This document shows positions 22,890 to 35,972 of a DNA stretch of 47,335 bases, piece after piece. The position numbers were made by a program, and so were the translations under genes. The stretch is taken from contig NC_068996.1 of the NCBI RefSeq assembly GCF_001194135.2, positions 49,545,825 through 49,593,159 of the forward strand. The letters are read 5' to 3'. Origin of the DNA: Octopus bimaculoides (Eukaryota). A model generated the notes under the pieces. It saw only the letters and a program-made list of their open reading frames with translations, was not told where the DNA came from and did not search any database. Numbering within the stretch: position 1 is the stretch's first letter; the number at the start of each line of letters is the position of its first letter.

Positions 22890-23993
22890 CATGAGAGAGA
22901 AATAATGGCATTGTTTCTTATTGTGTCATGGGCATACTGCCAAGGACCACGTGTTTATGTCTCAGCAATTTAGTATGGTAGCAGGTGGCATGTGTAACAA
23001 GGCTGACAGCAATAATGTCCCAACATAGAATAAGTTCATATCCCGTGAGGTGAAGTGAGAGAGAGACTCTTCATCAGAGAAAGAATTCAACTTTTGATAA
23101 CTTTATTTACTGAGAAGGGCAGTTTGTATGATGCTTATATATGAAGTATAATCCTCCATAGTGGTGAGATGTGAGTGTTGAATTGCGAAAAATGCTCATT
23201 ATTATATTAGATGACATTGTAAGGTAGATGTAAAAGGCCAGATCCAGCCAGTTTGAGCATAAAACAAATAGAGTATTTAGGTCAGATATGACTGTTTCAA
23301 GTGCTAAAGGCTTAAAGAGCACATTAGATATGCACAGTCTTGAAATAAACCATGAGATTATTATTTCTGTATTAACCCTTCAGCATTCAGATTACTGTGT
23401 CAAATGCAATATTTCTTTATACACATCATTATGGAATTAATCCTGCATTATCTCATATCTTTTGAGATTTCAGTGATTTGATTGGTTATTTTTAGAATGA
23501 CATTGTAGGGTAGGTGTAAGAGGCCAGAGCTAGCCAGTTTAGACATATAAAACAGGCAGAGTATTTGAGTTGGATATGGCCGGTTTAAATGCTAAAGGGT
23601 TAAATGTATATTTTTTTTAAAACTAGATTTTAATTAAAACTGCTAACGGGCTAAACATTTATTTTTAGAGTTTCAGGTTGCAGTTTTACCACCTCCTCTC
23701 CTTCACATTTTTGCATATTTTGTTTTTTGTTATTCGGCACTTATCAGTTGTTTGTTGTAGGAAGCCAGACAATCTAATGTTTGGTGGTAATGGTTGTTGT
23801 TGTTGTAGTGGTTTAGTTTTTATTTGTTTTTTTTTTTTCAATCATTTTTTGTTTTGTTTTTTTCAATCTTTTTTTTGTTTTTTCTTCTCTTTTAACCAGG
23901 ATACTAACAGTAACAACAAAGATCAGAAAAAAGTTGTGATAAAGCACGAGCCTGGTCAGCCATCCACTATATCTTCAGAACTATTGCAGCAGA

Positions 23994-24027
<34 letters not shown>

Positions 24028-24079
24028 GCAGCAGCAACAACAACAACAGCAGCAGCAGCAACAACAACAACAGCAGCAG

Positions 24080-24114
<35 letters not shown>

Positions 24115-24203
24115 GCAACTCCAACAACAACAACAGCAGCAACAACACAGTCTGCAGCAACAGCTTCAGCAACAACTTCAACACAAACAACTTCAAAAAC
24201 AAC

Positions 24204-24234
<31 letters not shown>

Positions 24235-26275
24235 ACAACAACAACAACAGTTACAACAACAGCAGTTGCAACAGCTCCAACAACAGCAGCAGCAGCAGCA
24301 ACAGCAACAGTTACAGCAACAACAGCTGCAACAGCAGCAGCAACAGTTGCAACAGCAGCAGCAACAGCAACAGTTGCAACAGCAGCAGCTTCAGACTGCC
24401 ACTATTCAAGCTCTTGCACAATCATTTCAACAGTCTGCAGAACAATCCAGGTCGACCTCAGAACAGGCAACATCCTCCACTGCACCAGTTGTCAGTATTT
24501 TCCAAGCACGTGTAACACCACAATTATGTCAGGTATTTTCTATTTTTTGGGGGGGTTTTCTTTGGTTGCCCTTCCTTCTTTCTTACCAACCTTTGTTTGG
24601 TTGTTTGCCCCTCCTATCTTACTTTCCTCAATCAATGCTCTAAGCCTTGTTTATTCCTTTGTCCCTTCTTCAATCCTGCCTGCCCCAATCACAGCCAGAC
24701 ATTGTTTCTTGCTGCTCCCTCAATCCTCCCTGCCCCAATTATAGCCAGACCTTGTTTTTTTGTTGCTCTTCCCACTATCCTGCCTGTCCCAATCACAGCC
24801 AGGCATTGTTTGTTGCTCCTCCTTCAATCCTGCCTGCCCCAATCACAGCCACACATTTTTTGTTACCCTTCCTCAATCCTCCTTGCCCCAATCACAGCCA
24901 GACATTGTTTCTTGCTGCTCCCTCAATCCTCCCTGCCCCAATTATAGCCAGATCTTGTTTGTTTGTTGCTCTTCCCACTATCCTGCCTGCCCCAATTACA
25001 GCCAGGCATTGTTTGTTGCTCCTCCTTCAATCCTGCCTGTCCCAATACAACTAGGCTTTGACTGTTTACCCTGCCCCAATTACAGCCAGGAATTGTTTGT
25101 TGCTCCTCCTTCAATCCTGCCTGCCCCAATTACAACCAGACATTGTTTGTTTCTTGCTCCTCCCACTATCCTGCCTGCCCCAATTACAGCCAGGCACTGT
25201 TTGTTTGTTGTTCCTCCCTGTATCCTTGCCCCAATACAACTAGGCTTTGACTGTTTACCCTGCCCCAATTACAGCCAGGAATTGTTTCTTGCTCCTCCCT
25301 CAATCCTCCCTACCCCAATCACAGCCAGACATTGTTTGTTTCTTGCTCCTCCCACTATCCTGCCTACCCCAATTACAGTCAGGCATTGTTTGTTTGTTGC
25401 TCCTTCTTCTATCCTGCCTGCCCTAATCACAGCCAGGAATTGTTTGTTGCTCCTCCCCCTATTCTGCCTGCCCCAATCACAACCAGGCACTGTTTGTTTG
25501 TTGCTCCTCCCTCTATCCTCCTTGCCCCAATCACAGCCAGACATTGTTTGTTTCTTGCTCCTCCCACTATCCTTCTCGCCCCAATTACAGCTTTCACCGC
25601 TGTGTGTTTAAGATGTTTGCTTTGTAACCTCAAGGTTCTATGTTCAATTTCACTGTGCCAACATGTTTGGATTTGGCAAGTGTCCTCTATTGTTGCTTGA
25701 AGTTGACCTGTAGCTTCAGTGATATTCAGTAGATTGGTCACTGCACCAAAGCTCATTTGTGCATGTTTGTGTGTCTTATCACAAGCTTCAACATTGTTTC
25801 TGTCTACCAAATCCATTCACAAGACTTTGGTTGGCCTGAGGCTGTATAGTAGAAGACATGGTGCCATGCAGTGGGACTGAACTCAAAATTATGTAGTCGC
25901 AAATCCAGCTTCTTATCCACACAGCCATACCTGTGTAAAGACATTTCTTATTTATTTATATATATTCTGTGTAGCCATCTGGCTTGCCAGTCCTCTGTCA
26001 AATTGTCCAACCCATGCCAGCATGGAAAGCGGACGTTAAATGACGATGATGGTGATTCTGTTTTGTATTTCTAGTTTGCTTCTCTTTCTCTCTCTCTCTC
26101 TCTCTCTCATTCCATTTATTTTATTTTCTCACTGAACTGTTCTCTACAGACTGATAACTTTGGCCAATCCCAACATCAGCTTCTACAGACACAGCTCTTC
26201 CCAGCATTGGAACAAATTCATCAGTTGCAACAGCAACAACAAAACTTACAGACACTTCAGATACAGCAACAACAA

Positions 26276-26310
<35 letters not shown>

Positions 26311-29300
26311 GCAGCAGCAACAATTCCAGCAACAACAACAGCAACAACCACAACAACAACAACAAGTTCAGATTCAAGTAAGTAAATTTTTAATGGCATT
26401 TTAACATTTTCTCATAAATTGCTCTTCTGTTACCATGTTTCTAATGAAATAATTCCTTGTCTTTTGTTTCAATTAATTTTGAAAGTAATGTAGAATTTAG
26501 TAAAATAACTTTGTCATATTTAAGCTGGAATATATATTAACATTTCAGCGTGATCGTTACCAGCGTCGCCTTACTGGTACTTGAAAAAACATTTGAGCGA
26601 GATCATTGCCAGTGCTTCTGGACTGGCTCCTGTGCAGGCGGCACGTAAAATGCACCATTTTGAGCATAGCCATTGCCAGTACCGCCTGACTGGCCTTCAT
26701 GCCAGTGGCACGTAAAAGCACCCACTACACACTTGGAGTGGTTGGCGTTAGGAAGGGCATCCAGCTGTAGAAACTTTGCCAGATCAGATTGGAGCCTGGT
26801 GCAGCCTTCTGGCTTGCCAGTCCTCAGTCAAATCATCCAACCCATGCCAGCATGGAAAGCAGACATTAAACAATGATGATGAAGAAATTTTGACAGAAGG
26901 TTTTTTTTTTTATTCAGATCATTTTAAAATAGGAAGTTTGTGACATAGAACCAGGATCAGAATAGGGGTCATGGTACGATAGGCAGGGGAGGGAAGAGAC
27001 AGAGAGAAAGGGGTGGTGAGATGATGTTATAGTTGAGTAAGTTCCAGAGTACGGAAGGGAGACAGGTATAGTCTTTGGGGCGAGAGACAGATGGTGATGA
27101 ATAAGGAGAAATAATCTTGTGGTCCAATGTAATGATCAGTGTAAAATATGGGAAGAGAGGATAGCATTTAGAATAAAGGGTCTGTCTCGACAAATTCCAT
27201 CTGACTCATGCAAACAATTGAAGTAGATGTTAAACCTATGAACATGATGATGATGATATAATTCGTTATATATCTCTGTTTCAGCTGACAACAACCCAAG
27301 AAGTTAATAACAAACCACAAGCACAACACCAAACATCTGATTTCCATAACGAAACCATAAAACAACATCTTCAACATAAAGAATTTCAGCAGACAACCAG
27401 TTTGCATCAAAGCCAGCAGGATGCGGAGTTAACTAATGCATCCAACCTGAGAACTGCTGCTACAGAGACACACCCTTCTAACGGCGATGCTCTAGAATCA
27501 AACGTTTCAACTGTGCTCTCACAAGCAACTCTGCCCTCTCGGCTTGCTATGGTTGAGACATTTTCTGCTCAGTCCCTTACAACTCAGCAGCCCATTACAT
27601 CATTCATCAAAGAGAACAACATCCAGTCTCAGCTGTCTTACTCCCAGCTGTATCAGTTCTCCAACAACACTGCTGCAACCAACACGTTATCGATTGCTGA
27701 AGAACACATTGCTACCACGGAACTCAACTCTGGCGCAAATTCAATATCGTTAAATTTTGAATCTAACTCTGCAGCTGAGCAAAAAAGTAGGCATGAACAA
27801 CAACAACAACAACAGCAACAATTAGAACAGCAACAACAAACTTTAATCCAACAACAGCAACAAACTTTACACCAACAACAACAACAACAGACTTTACAAC
27901 AGCAGCAGCAACAACTTCAACTTACACAACAACAACAACAACAACAGCAGCAGCAATCATCGCAACAACAAACACAGCATTCTGGATTTCAATCCGTACG
28001 TCAAGTTACAATGTCTTCACTAAAAAATGAAAACAACAACATGGAAGAGCTTTCTAAGCATAATATAAACAAGGACCCTTATATGTTTTCAAGTGGGAAT
28101 GCTTCTCTCTTCTCATTCCCCCCAGGTAATACACTGCCCTATGACAACACTTTGCCTGATGATTTAAGCCATCGTTCTGGCACCGCTGGTCAATTCCAGC
28201 CAATTGGATGTGAGGACGAAAAAGACAAAGACCGACTTCTCTCTGAACTCGATGGAAGCACAGAAATGAAATCATTGAGTTCTATTCTGTTATCTGATTC
28301 TAGATCCTCATTGATGGATTTGGCAAGCCGAGCATTAGATTTGAATCAATTCAACAAAAACTGTGATGATCACAAACTTCAGCGCTCAAAAAGCGAGGAC
28401 CATACTTTCATGAGGCCCCAGAATCGCAGTGAAGACGTCCCTTACAGACCACGAAGTCGAAATGAAGACCCTGTCACTAGTAGATGGCGTAACCAACCTG
28501 AAGAACAGTTGAAATCTGAAGGTGCTGGCATTTTCCGAAATCCAAACCTTGGAACAAGTCCGGTGAGAACAAAACGAAAACACCGACCTGCGCCACTTAT
28601 CATACCGCCATATGTGAGCAATAGTGGTTTTCAGAGTAGACTCAGGTCCCCACGGGTACGTGATGGAAATGAAGTCCGCACTCTTTCTCCTCCTCCCTAT
28701 ACACCTCCCCCCATGCTTAGCCCAGTCCGAAGTGGACCTGGTCTGTTCTGCAATATTCAAACATCTTATCGACCTGTTTCACCCAGGTTAAGCTCAAATA
28801 TGAGTGCCCGCCTACCAATCTTAAACCGACGAAGTAAGTATTTTGGTTTTATTTTTCCAGTTATAAGATTTTTTTAAAATTTTTTATAGATATGTATTTA
28901 TTTTACACTTTTTTTTTATTTAACTAATTAAGTATATAAATATTAATGACTGTATAAACCATACATTTAGATATAAATCATTATCAGATTACATGACATT
29001 TCATTAATTTAAGAACATTTAAACTGGCATAAGAATCATGTTTGGTTTATGAATGCAGTTTCCAAGTGAATTTTATTTTCAACATCCAGCTTCCATACTG
29101 GCAAGGGTTGGATGGTTTGACAATCTGATGAGATGAAGGACTGCATAGTGTTTCAGTATGGTACCTGTGGGCATTCATCTGCAGAAACCATGACAAAGTT
29201 GACATTCATATGCGATGCTGTGCTTCAACTTGTAACGACTTTTCCAAACTGCCTGACTTGACCCCATACCATCATCAAAGCCAGATATTAAGTGATGACA

Positions 29301-31775
29301 AATCAACAAATGCTCAGAAATATTGGATTATCAGGTTGGACATGTTATGAATAAAGTACGAGCAAAAATTCCCTTCGGTCATGAATGACCATGAGACTGC
29401 ACCTAGAAAGTTCCCTTCCAAAGCATAAGTCTTGGCAAGGTTGTCTATGGAAGGCCAGCAGTTGCCCATGCATACCACCCTCCCCTCTCCACACCACTGA
29501 TGTTATCCAAAGGAAAGGCAAAGGTCGATACAGCTTGGCACTAGTAATATCGCAGCTCATTTCTACAGCTGAGTGAACTGGAGCAACGTGAAATAAAGTG
29601 TCTTGCTCAAGAACACAACACAAAGCCTAGTCTGGAAATCAAACTCACTACCTCATGATTGTGAGCCCAATGCTCTAACCACTGAGCCATGTGTCTTCAC
29701 TTATGAATATTTATTAATAGGCATAGATAGAGCTGAGTGATGAGACAATATACTTCACAACAGTGTGACTCCTGCTATTGTCTCAGGCTAACCATTGTAG
29801 TGAAATTGATCAATGGAAGCCATGTTTTATATATGTGTTTGTGTGTGTGTGATAGAAAATGGAGTGAGTGATATTCTTTATTTTAGATTATTGAAATTGT
29901 AGTGATTTTAAATAAAGAATATTGTTCACCTCATTTTCTATCATTTATCTACTTTGGAATTCCTGATGTATATTCAGTAGCCAAAGCATTTCCACTGTAT
30001 GATGACATCCAGTAGCCAATAGTTGTGGACGAGCTTTGCATAGCATACAAGGTTTTTACCCAAATCCTGTTTAACTTAAATTTATATGCACACGCATGTG
30101 TGCATGAAAGGTGTTATTTCTGCTTCTTGCATGGAATCATCTGAACAGTCAAAGAAAACCCTATTTTCATTTAATCTGATGTCTTGTAGCTCTGCAGTCT
30201 CCAACCAGTAGAATAAAGCTTTCCTTATTTATAAAACAGGAAAGGATCAATGGCAGGATGACTATCTGACTGTAAAAATACTGCTTCAAATAAATATTCA
30301 TCCATCTTGTGCCAGCTAGGAAAAAAATGGTTGTCATGATTATAGAATTATCAAAATATTCAAAGAAAAAAATATGACTGAAAAAAATTTGGAAAATGAA
30401 TGTTCATTTTCCAAATCTTTTTCAGTTTTTTATTTTTATTTGTTTACTAAATAACTGTCAAATGTTTTAACCCTTTTGTTACTAACTCGGCTGAAACCGG
30501 CTCTGGCTCTGTAGTACAAATGTCTTGTTTTCATAAGTTTTGAATTAAAATCTTCCACCTAACCTTAGTCACAATTTATGTTCCTAACACTAGCTGAATG
30601 ATAACTAAGTTATTTTACTAAATTCTTTGTTATATTTAAAATTAATTGAAAGAAACACAGAGCATCTCAAACAAAATACAGTAACGAAAGGGTTAAATGG
30701 TTTGACATTTAGCAGGTGACATATATGAGACCATAAAATAATTTGTATTACACATAGAACCACGTTATATTGACAATCTAAGCATGGTAGTTTAATAACT
30801 TCATTATAAATATTAAGAGGTCTATTTAAACTATATTTAAACTATATTTTTGCAAGATGTTTAATTACTTAACAAGATTCTTTGTAATTGTTTAATTATG
30901 AAAATATAAATGAAATCGTACAGTTTCATTTACCAAAACAGCAAGTATTGGAACCCCATCTCAAGAAACGCCAGCCAGTGATGAAACGACAGAAACAGAA
31001 GCACCTCCAGAAACAGATATATTACCGTAAGTATTCTTCATCATCGTCTAATGTTTGTTTTCCATGCTGGCATGGGTTGGACGGTTTGATATGGAGCTGG
31101 CAAGACCAGGAGCCACACTGGGTTCCATTGTACGTACATAGGGTAATGGGTAAAGACCCCTTTCAGTCATGAATGATCATAGGATTGCACCTAGAAAGTT
31201 TCTCCCCCAAGGCACAAGTCCAGGCAAGGTTGTTTATGGAAGACCAGCAGTTGGTCTTGCATACTAGCCTCCCCTCTCCATGCCACCGATGTTATCCAAA
31301 AGAAAAGCAAAGACCAATACAGCTTGGCACCAGTGACATTGCAATTCATTTCTAAAGTTGAGTGAACTGGAGAAACATGAAATAAAGTGTCTTGCTCAAG
31401 AACACAACACACAGCCCAGTCCGGGAATCAAACTCATTACCTCATGATTGTGAACCCAATACTCTAACCACTGAGCCATGCAACATGTTTTTAACACACC
31501 ATGGGGCTATGAAGAGATTTTATCTCAGACAATTCCACAGCATCATGCCTTCTAATGGTGTTTATACATTTAGTATGATAAACAGATGTCGATATGAATT
31601 TGCTTATTTCACTAAAGTCCTCAAAAACTAACAAATAAATTACTAACTCTTAATCTTGTACGTCTTGTTTTAAATCAAATGCAATCAATGGCAAAATTTG
31701 TTGTGTCTACTTTTGACTCTTAAAATAGCAAAACCAAATTATTTCTCAGGATTTGTAAACTTAAATTGGCCTTTT

Positions 31776-31809
<34 letters not shown>

Positions 31810-34800
31810 CTTTTTTCAGACACGTGAATATTGGATCAAATTACCAAGCAGAATTACCACATTTTACTAGTGAGTATTTCTAGCTCTTGTTATTGATTTA
31901 ACACTAGTTTTTTTTTTAATTTTTATCAACGGCCAATTTTGGAATTGTATGAAATCATACAAAAATGTGAAATTTTGCAACGTTTTTTTTCTGTTTCTAT
32001 AGAATTATTCTGAAATCAAATGCTTCAAACTCTTTTGCTTTAACCCTTTCAATGCAAGGTTTTTATTTAACCTTTTCGTTATCATATTCCTGTTGAAATA
32101 CACTGGCTTTGATTCAATTAGTTTTTAAAATAACGAAGAAGTTAATAAAATAACTTTGTCATTATTAAACTGGTGTTTTGGAACATAAACATGAAATTTC
32201 GATGGAAGGGTTTAATTTGGATCGCTTTAACCCTTTTGTTACCATATTTCTGTAGAAATACATCCTCTTTGTGTCAATTAATTTTGAAAACAATGCAGAA
32301 TTTCTTAAAATAATTATTATTCTGGTTCTTGGAGCATAAATTAACATAAAATTTTGATGCAAGGTTTTGATTGAATCATATTAATTACATTGAATTAATT
32401 ATACACCTGATAGCAGTCATTCCTCTCTAAGACTGTTTACTTATCATCATCATTGTTTAACGTCCGTTTTCCATGCTAGCATGGGTTGGACATTTTGACT
32501 GAGGACTGGTGAAATCAGATGGCTACACCAGGCTCTAATCTGATTTGGCAGAGTTTCTACAGCTGGATGCCCTTCCTAATGCCAACCACTCCGAGAGTGT
32601 AGTGGGTGCTTTTACATGCCACCGGCACGAAGGCCAGTCTGGTGATACTGGCAACAGCCACGCTCAAAATGGTGTATTTTATGTGCCACCTGCACAGGAG
32701 CCAGTCCAGCGGCACTGGCAACAACCTCGCTCGAATGTTTTTTCATGTGCCAGTATTGTCAAATAAAACTGTTTCAACTGAGAATTCAATCAGCATCAAA
32801 GACTATTTGACTGAGAGTTTACCAAAACACCTTTATGGAACATGCATAAAATCTTTTACAAAATCTGCAGTGTTGAAATTTGAAATACTTCTTTAGAAGT
32901 TTGACATATGCAAATCTAATTCATGGATTTCCCCAGAAAATATATAATCCTAAACATTCTGTTTTGTTCAGGTAATCGATTTGAAGTTTCAATGTTGGAA
33001 TCAAAAGAGGACCTTTTGTGGCATCCAAGAATACTGGATGATAAAAATGAAGAAGATGGTAAAAATTCTAAATTTATAATTTTGAACAATCTAACCTTTC
33101 ATAATGTAATAAATAATTTTGCCCATAGGAGGTAGTATTTTTATAAAGATAACCATTACTCTGTAATAGGCAACTTTTCACAATGTATACGAGCAGCTCT
33201 TTGCTTCTGTAAACTGTTTTTAATATCTATATAGGCAATAGTTGGCTATGTGGTAAGTAGCTTGCTTACCAGCCACATGGTTCTGGGTTCAGTCTCACTG
33301 CATGGCACCTTGAGCAAATGTCTTCTACTATAGCCTCGGGCTGACCAAAGCCTTGTGAGTGGATTTGGTAGATGGAAACTGAAAGAAGCCCATCGTATAT
33401 ATGTATGTGTGTGTGTATGTGTTTGTGTGTCTGTTTGTGTGTGTTTGTACCCCTAACGTCCCTGTAACTTAGCAGTTCGGCAAAAGAGACTGATAGAATA
33501 AGTACTAGGCTTACAAAGAATAAGTCCTGAGGTCGATTTGTTCGACTAAAGGCGGTGCTCCAGCATGGCCACAGTCAAATGACTGAAACAAATAAAAGAC
33601 TAATAGTTGTGAAGGCACATGGCTCAGCATTTAAAGCATTGGGCTCACAACCATGTGGTAGTGAGTTCAATTCTCGTACCAGGCTGTGTGTTATGTTCTT
33701 GAGCAAGACACTTTATTTCATATTGCTCCAGTTCACTCAGCTGTAGAAATGAGTTGCAACATCACTGGTGCCAAGCTGTATCGATCCCTTTGCCTTTCAC
33801 TTCGGTAACATCAGTGGTGTGGAGAGGGGAGGCTGGTATGCATGAGTGACTGTTGGTCTTCTATAAACAAACCTTGCCTAAACTTTCTAGGTGCAGTTCC
33901 GTGGTCACTCATGATAGAAGGTGGTCTTCTCTCCTCTCAGTCAATTGTTGATACTTTAATATGAGCAACTGTTAACATATTTATATATAGATAGGTGCAG
34001 GAGTGGCTATGTGGTAAGAAGCTTGCTTAACAACAGTTTGGTTCTGGGTTCAGTCCCACTGCTATAGCCTTTAGCTGACCAAAGCCTTGTGAGTGGATTT
34101 GGTCGACAGAAAACTGGAAGAGGCCCATCATATATATATGTGTGTATTTATTTGTGTGTCTGTTTGTCCCCACCACCATCACTTGACAACCGATGTTGGT
34201 GTGTTTACATCCTCGTAACCTAGCGGTTCAGCAAAAGATACCAATAGAATAAGTACTAGGTTTACAAAGAATAAGTTCTGGAGTCGATCTGTTCAACTAG
34301 AGGCAGTAGTGCTCCAGCATGACTGCAGTCAAATGACTGAAACAAGTAAAAGAATAGTTATATTTTATATTATTTCAATATATATGTGTGTGTATATATT
34401 ATATATATATATNNNNNNNNNNNNNNNNNNNNNNNNNNNNNNNNNNNNNNNNNNNNNNNNNNNNNNNNNNNNNNNNNNNNNNNNNNNNNNNNNNNNNNNN
34501 NNNNNNNNNNNNNNNNNNNNNNNNNNNNNNNNNNNNNNNNNNNNNNNNNNNNNNNNNNNNNNNNNNNNNNNNNNNNNNNNNNNNNNNNNNNNNNNNNNNN
34601 NNNNNNNNNNNNNNNNNNNNNNNNNNNNNNNNNNNNNNNNNNNNNNNNNNNNNNCCAATGGAATGCTTGTCCATCACAGGGTTACTTATTATCAGCTGAG
34701 TGGACTGGTGCAATGAAATGTTTTTTCTCAAGGGTTCAACACATTGTTTCTCTGGGAATCAAAACCATGACCTTGCAGTCATGAGTGCAACTCCTTCACC

Positions 34801-35939
34801 ACTAGACCACATGCCTTCACACAGACATCATTATCGTTTAATGTCCATTTTCCATGCTGGCATGGATCGGACAGTGCTTGACAGGAAATGGTAAGCCAGA
34901 GGACTGTGCCAAGCTTTACTGTCTGATTTGGCCTGGTTTCTATGGGTGGATGCCCTTCTTAATGCCAACCACTTTACAAAGTGGACCAGGTATTTTTCAC
35001 ATGGCACCAGCACTAGTGAAGTCTGCTTTGGCCTGGTTTTATAGCTGGATGCTGCCCTTCCTAATGCCAACCACTTTACAGAGGGGACTGGGTGTTTTTC
35101 ATATGGCACGAGCATCAGCGAGGTCTGCTTTTGTCTAGTTTTATAGCTGGATACCCTTCCAAATTCCATCCACTTTACAGAGTGGACTAGATACTTTTTG
35201 CGTGGCACCAGCACCAGCAAGATCACCAAGTAATTTGCAAGACAAAGATCTTTGGGAAAGTATTGAACAAAACCAAATTTCCCTAAACTCCTTATTATCT
35301 ATACATAAAAGGAAGGACACATTGATTAATATAGTCCTGGTAAATACTATGTCTCAATAAAAGACATGATGGTTGCTGCTACATCTTTGATCATGAGTCT
35401 GCCCAACCAGAATAGCCTGGCACTAAAAAACAACAACAACAACAGCAGTCAATCAAATGAATGAGGGAGCTTCTATGTGGTCATCCAATCTGCTAGAACT
35501 AGCAGCCAAATATTTTTCCATATAATATTGTGTTAGAAAAACAATGAAGGATATTAGATAATGTAGCCCTATGTACACTGTTTTAAAAACAAAAGCAAAA
35601 CAGGATGATTACAGCTGAAATATCTTTGACTGCAAGTCTACCTGATCAGTCAGTACTACACATATCAATATTTACTGTTTTGTTCAAATGAAAGGAACTC
35701 AGTTTAATTCTTTCTTTACACTTTCTTTGCAGTCCAGTGCTACCAAAATCTTGCAAGTTCCTCTGCTGTTAAAGGAAATGGATCAAATGTTGAGTATGCC
35801 ATGCACCTTCTGTTCATAGCACGAGGAGATATTCAGGTATGTAGACATTCATTCTTAACAATTTGCCTTTATTTACCATTCTTTTATGGTTTGCTTGTTT
35901 ATCACTTTATTCCCCTCCATCGAAAATTGATAGCCGGGC

Positions 35940-35972
<33 letters not shown>

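Noticed and set aside
23678-23899. N-terminal extension of the 321-aa ORF (F/C-rich)
   Set aside because: T-rich intron and polypyrimidine tract read through by chance; the true exon starts at the cag acceptor ending at 23899
24660-25592. Minisatellite considered as a CRISPR-like array
   Set aside because: Eukaryotic intron, no unique spacers, contiguous degenerate units
24760-25611. 283-aa ORF and neighbouring ORFs across the minisatellite
   Set aside because: Open frames are expected from a pyrimidine-rich unit with few stops; 49-54 bp units shift frame; there is no credible start or homology
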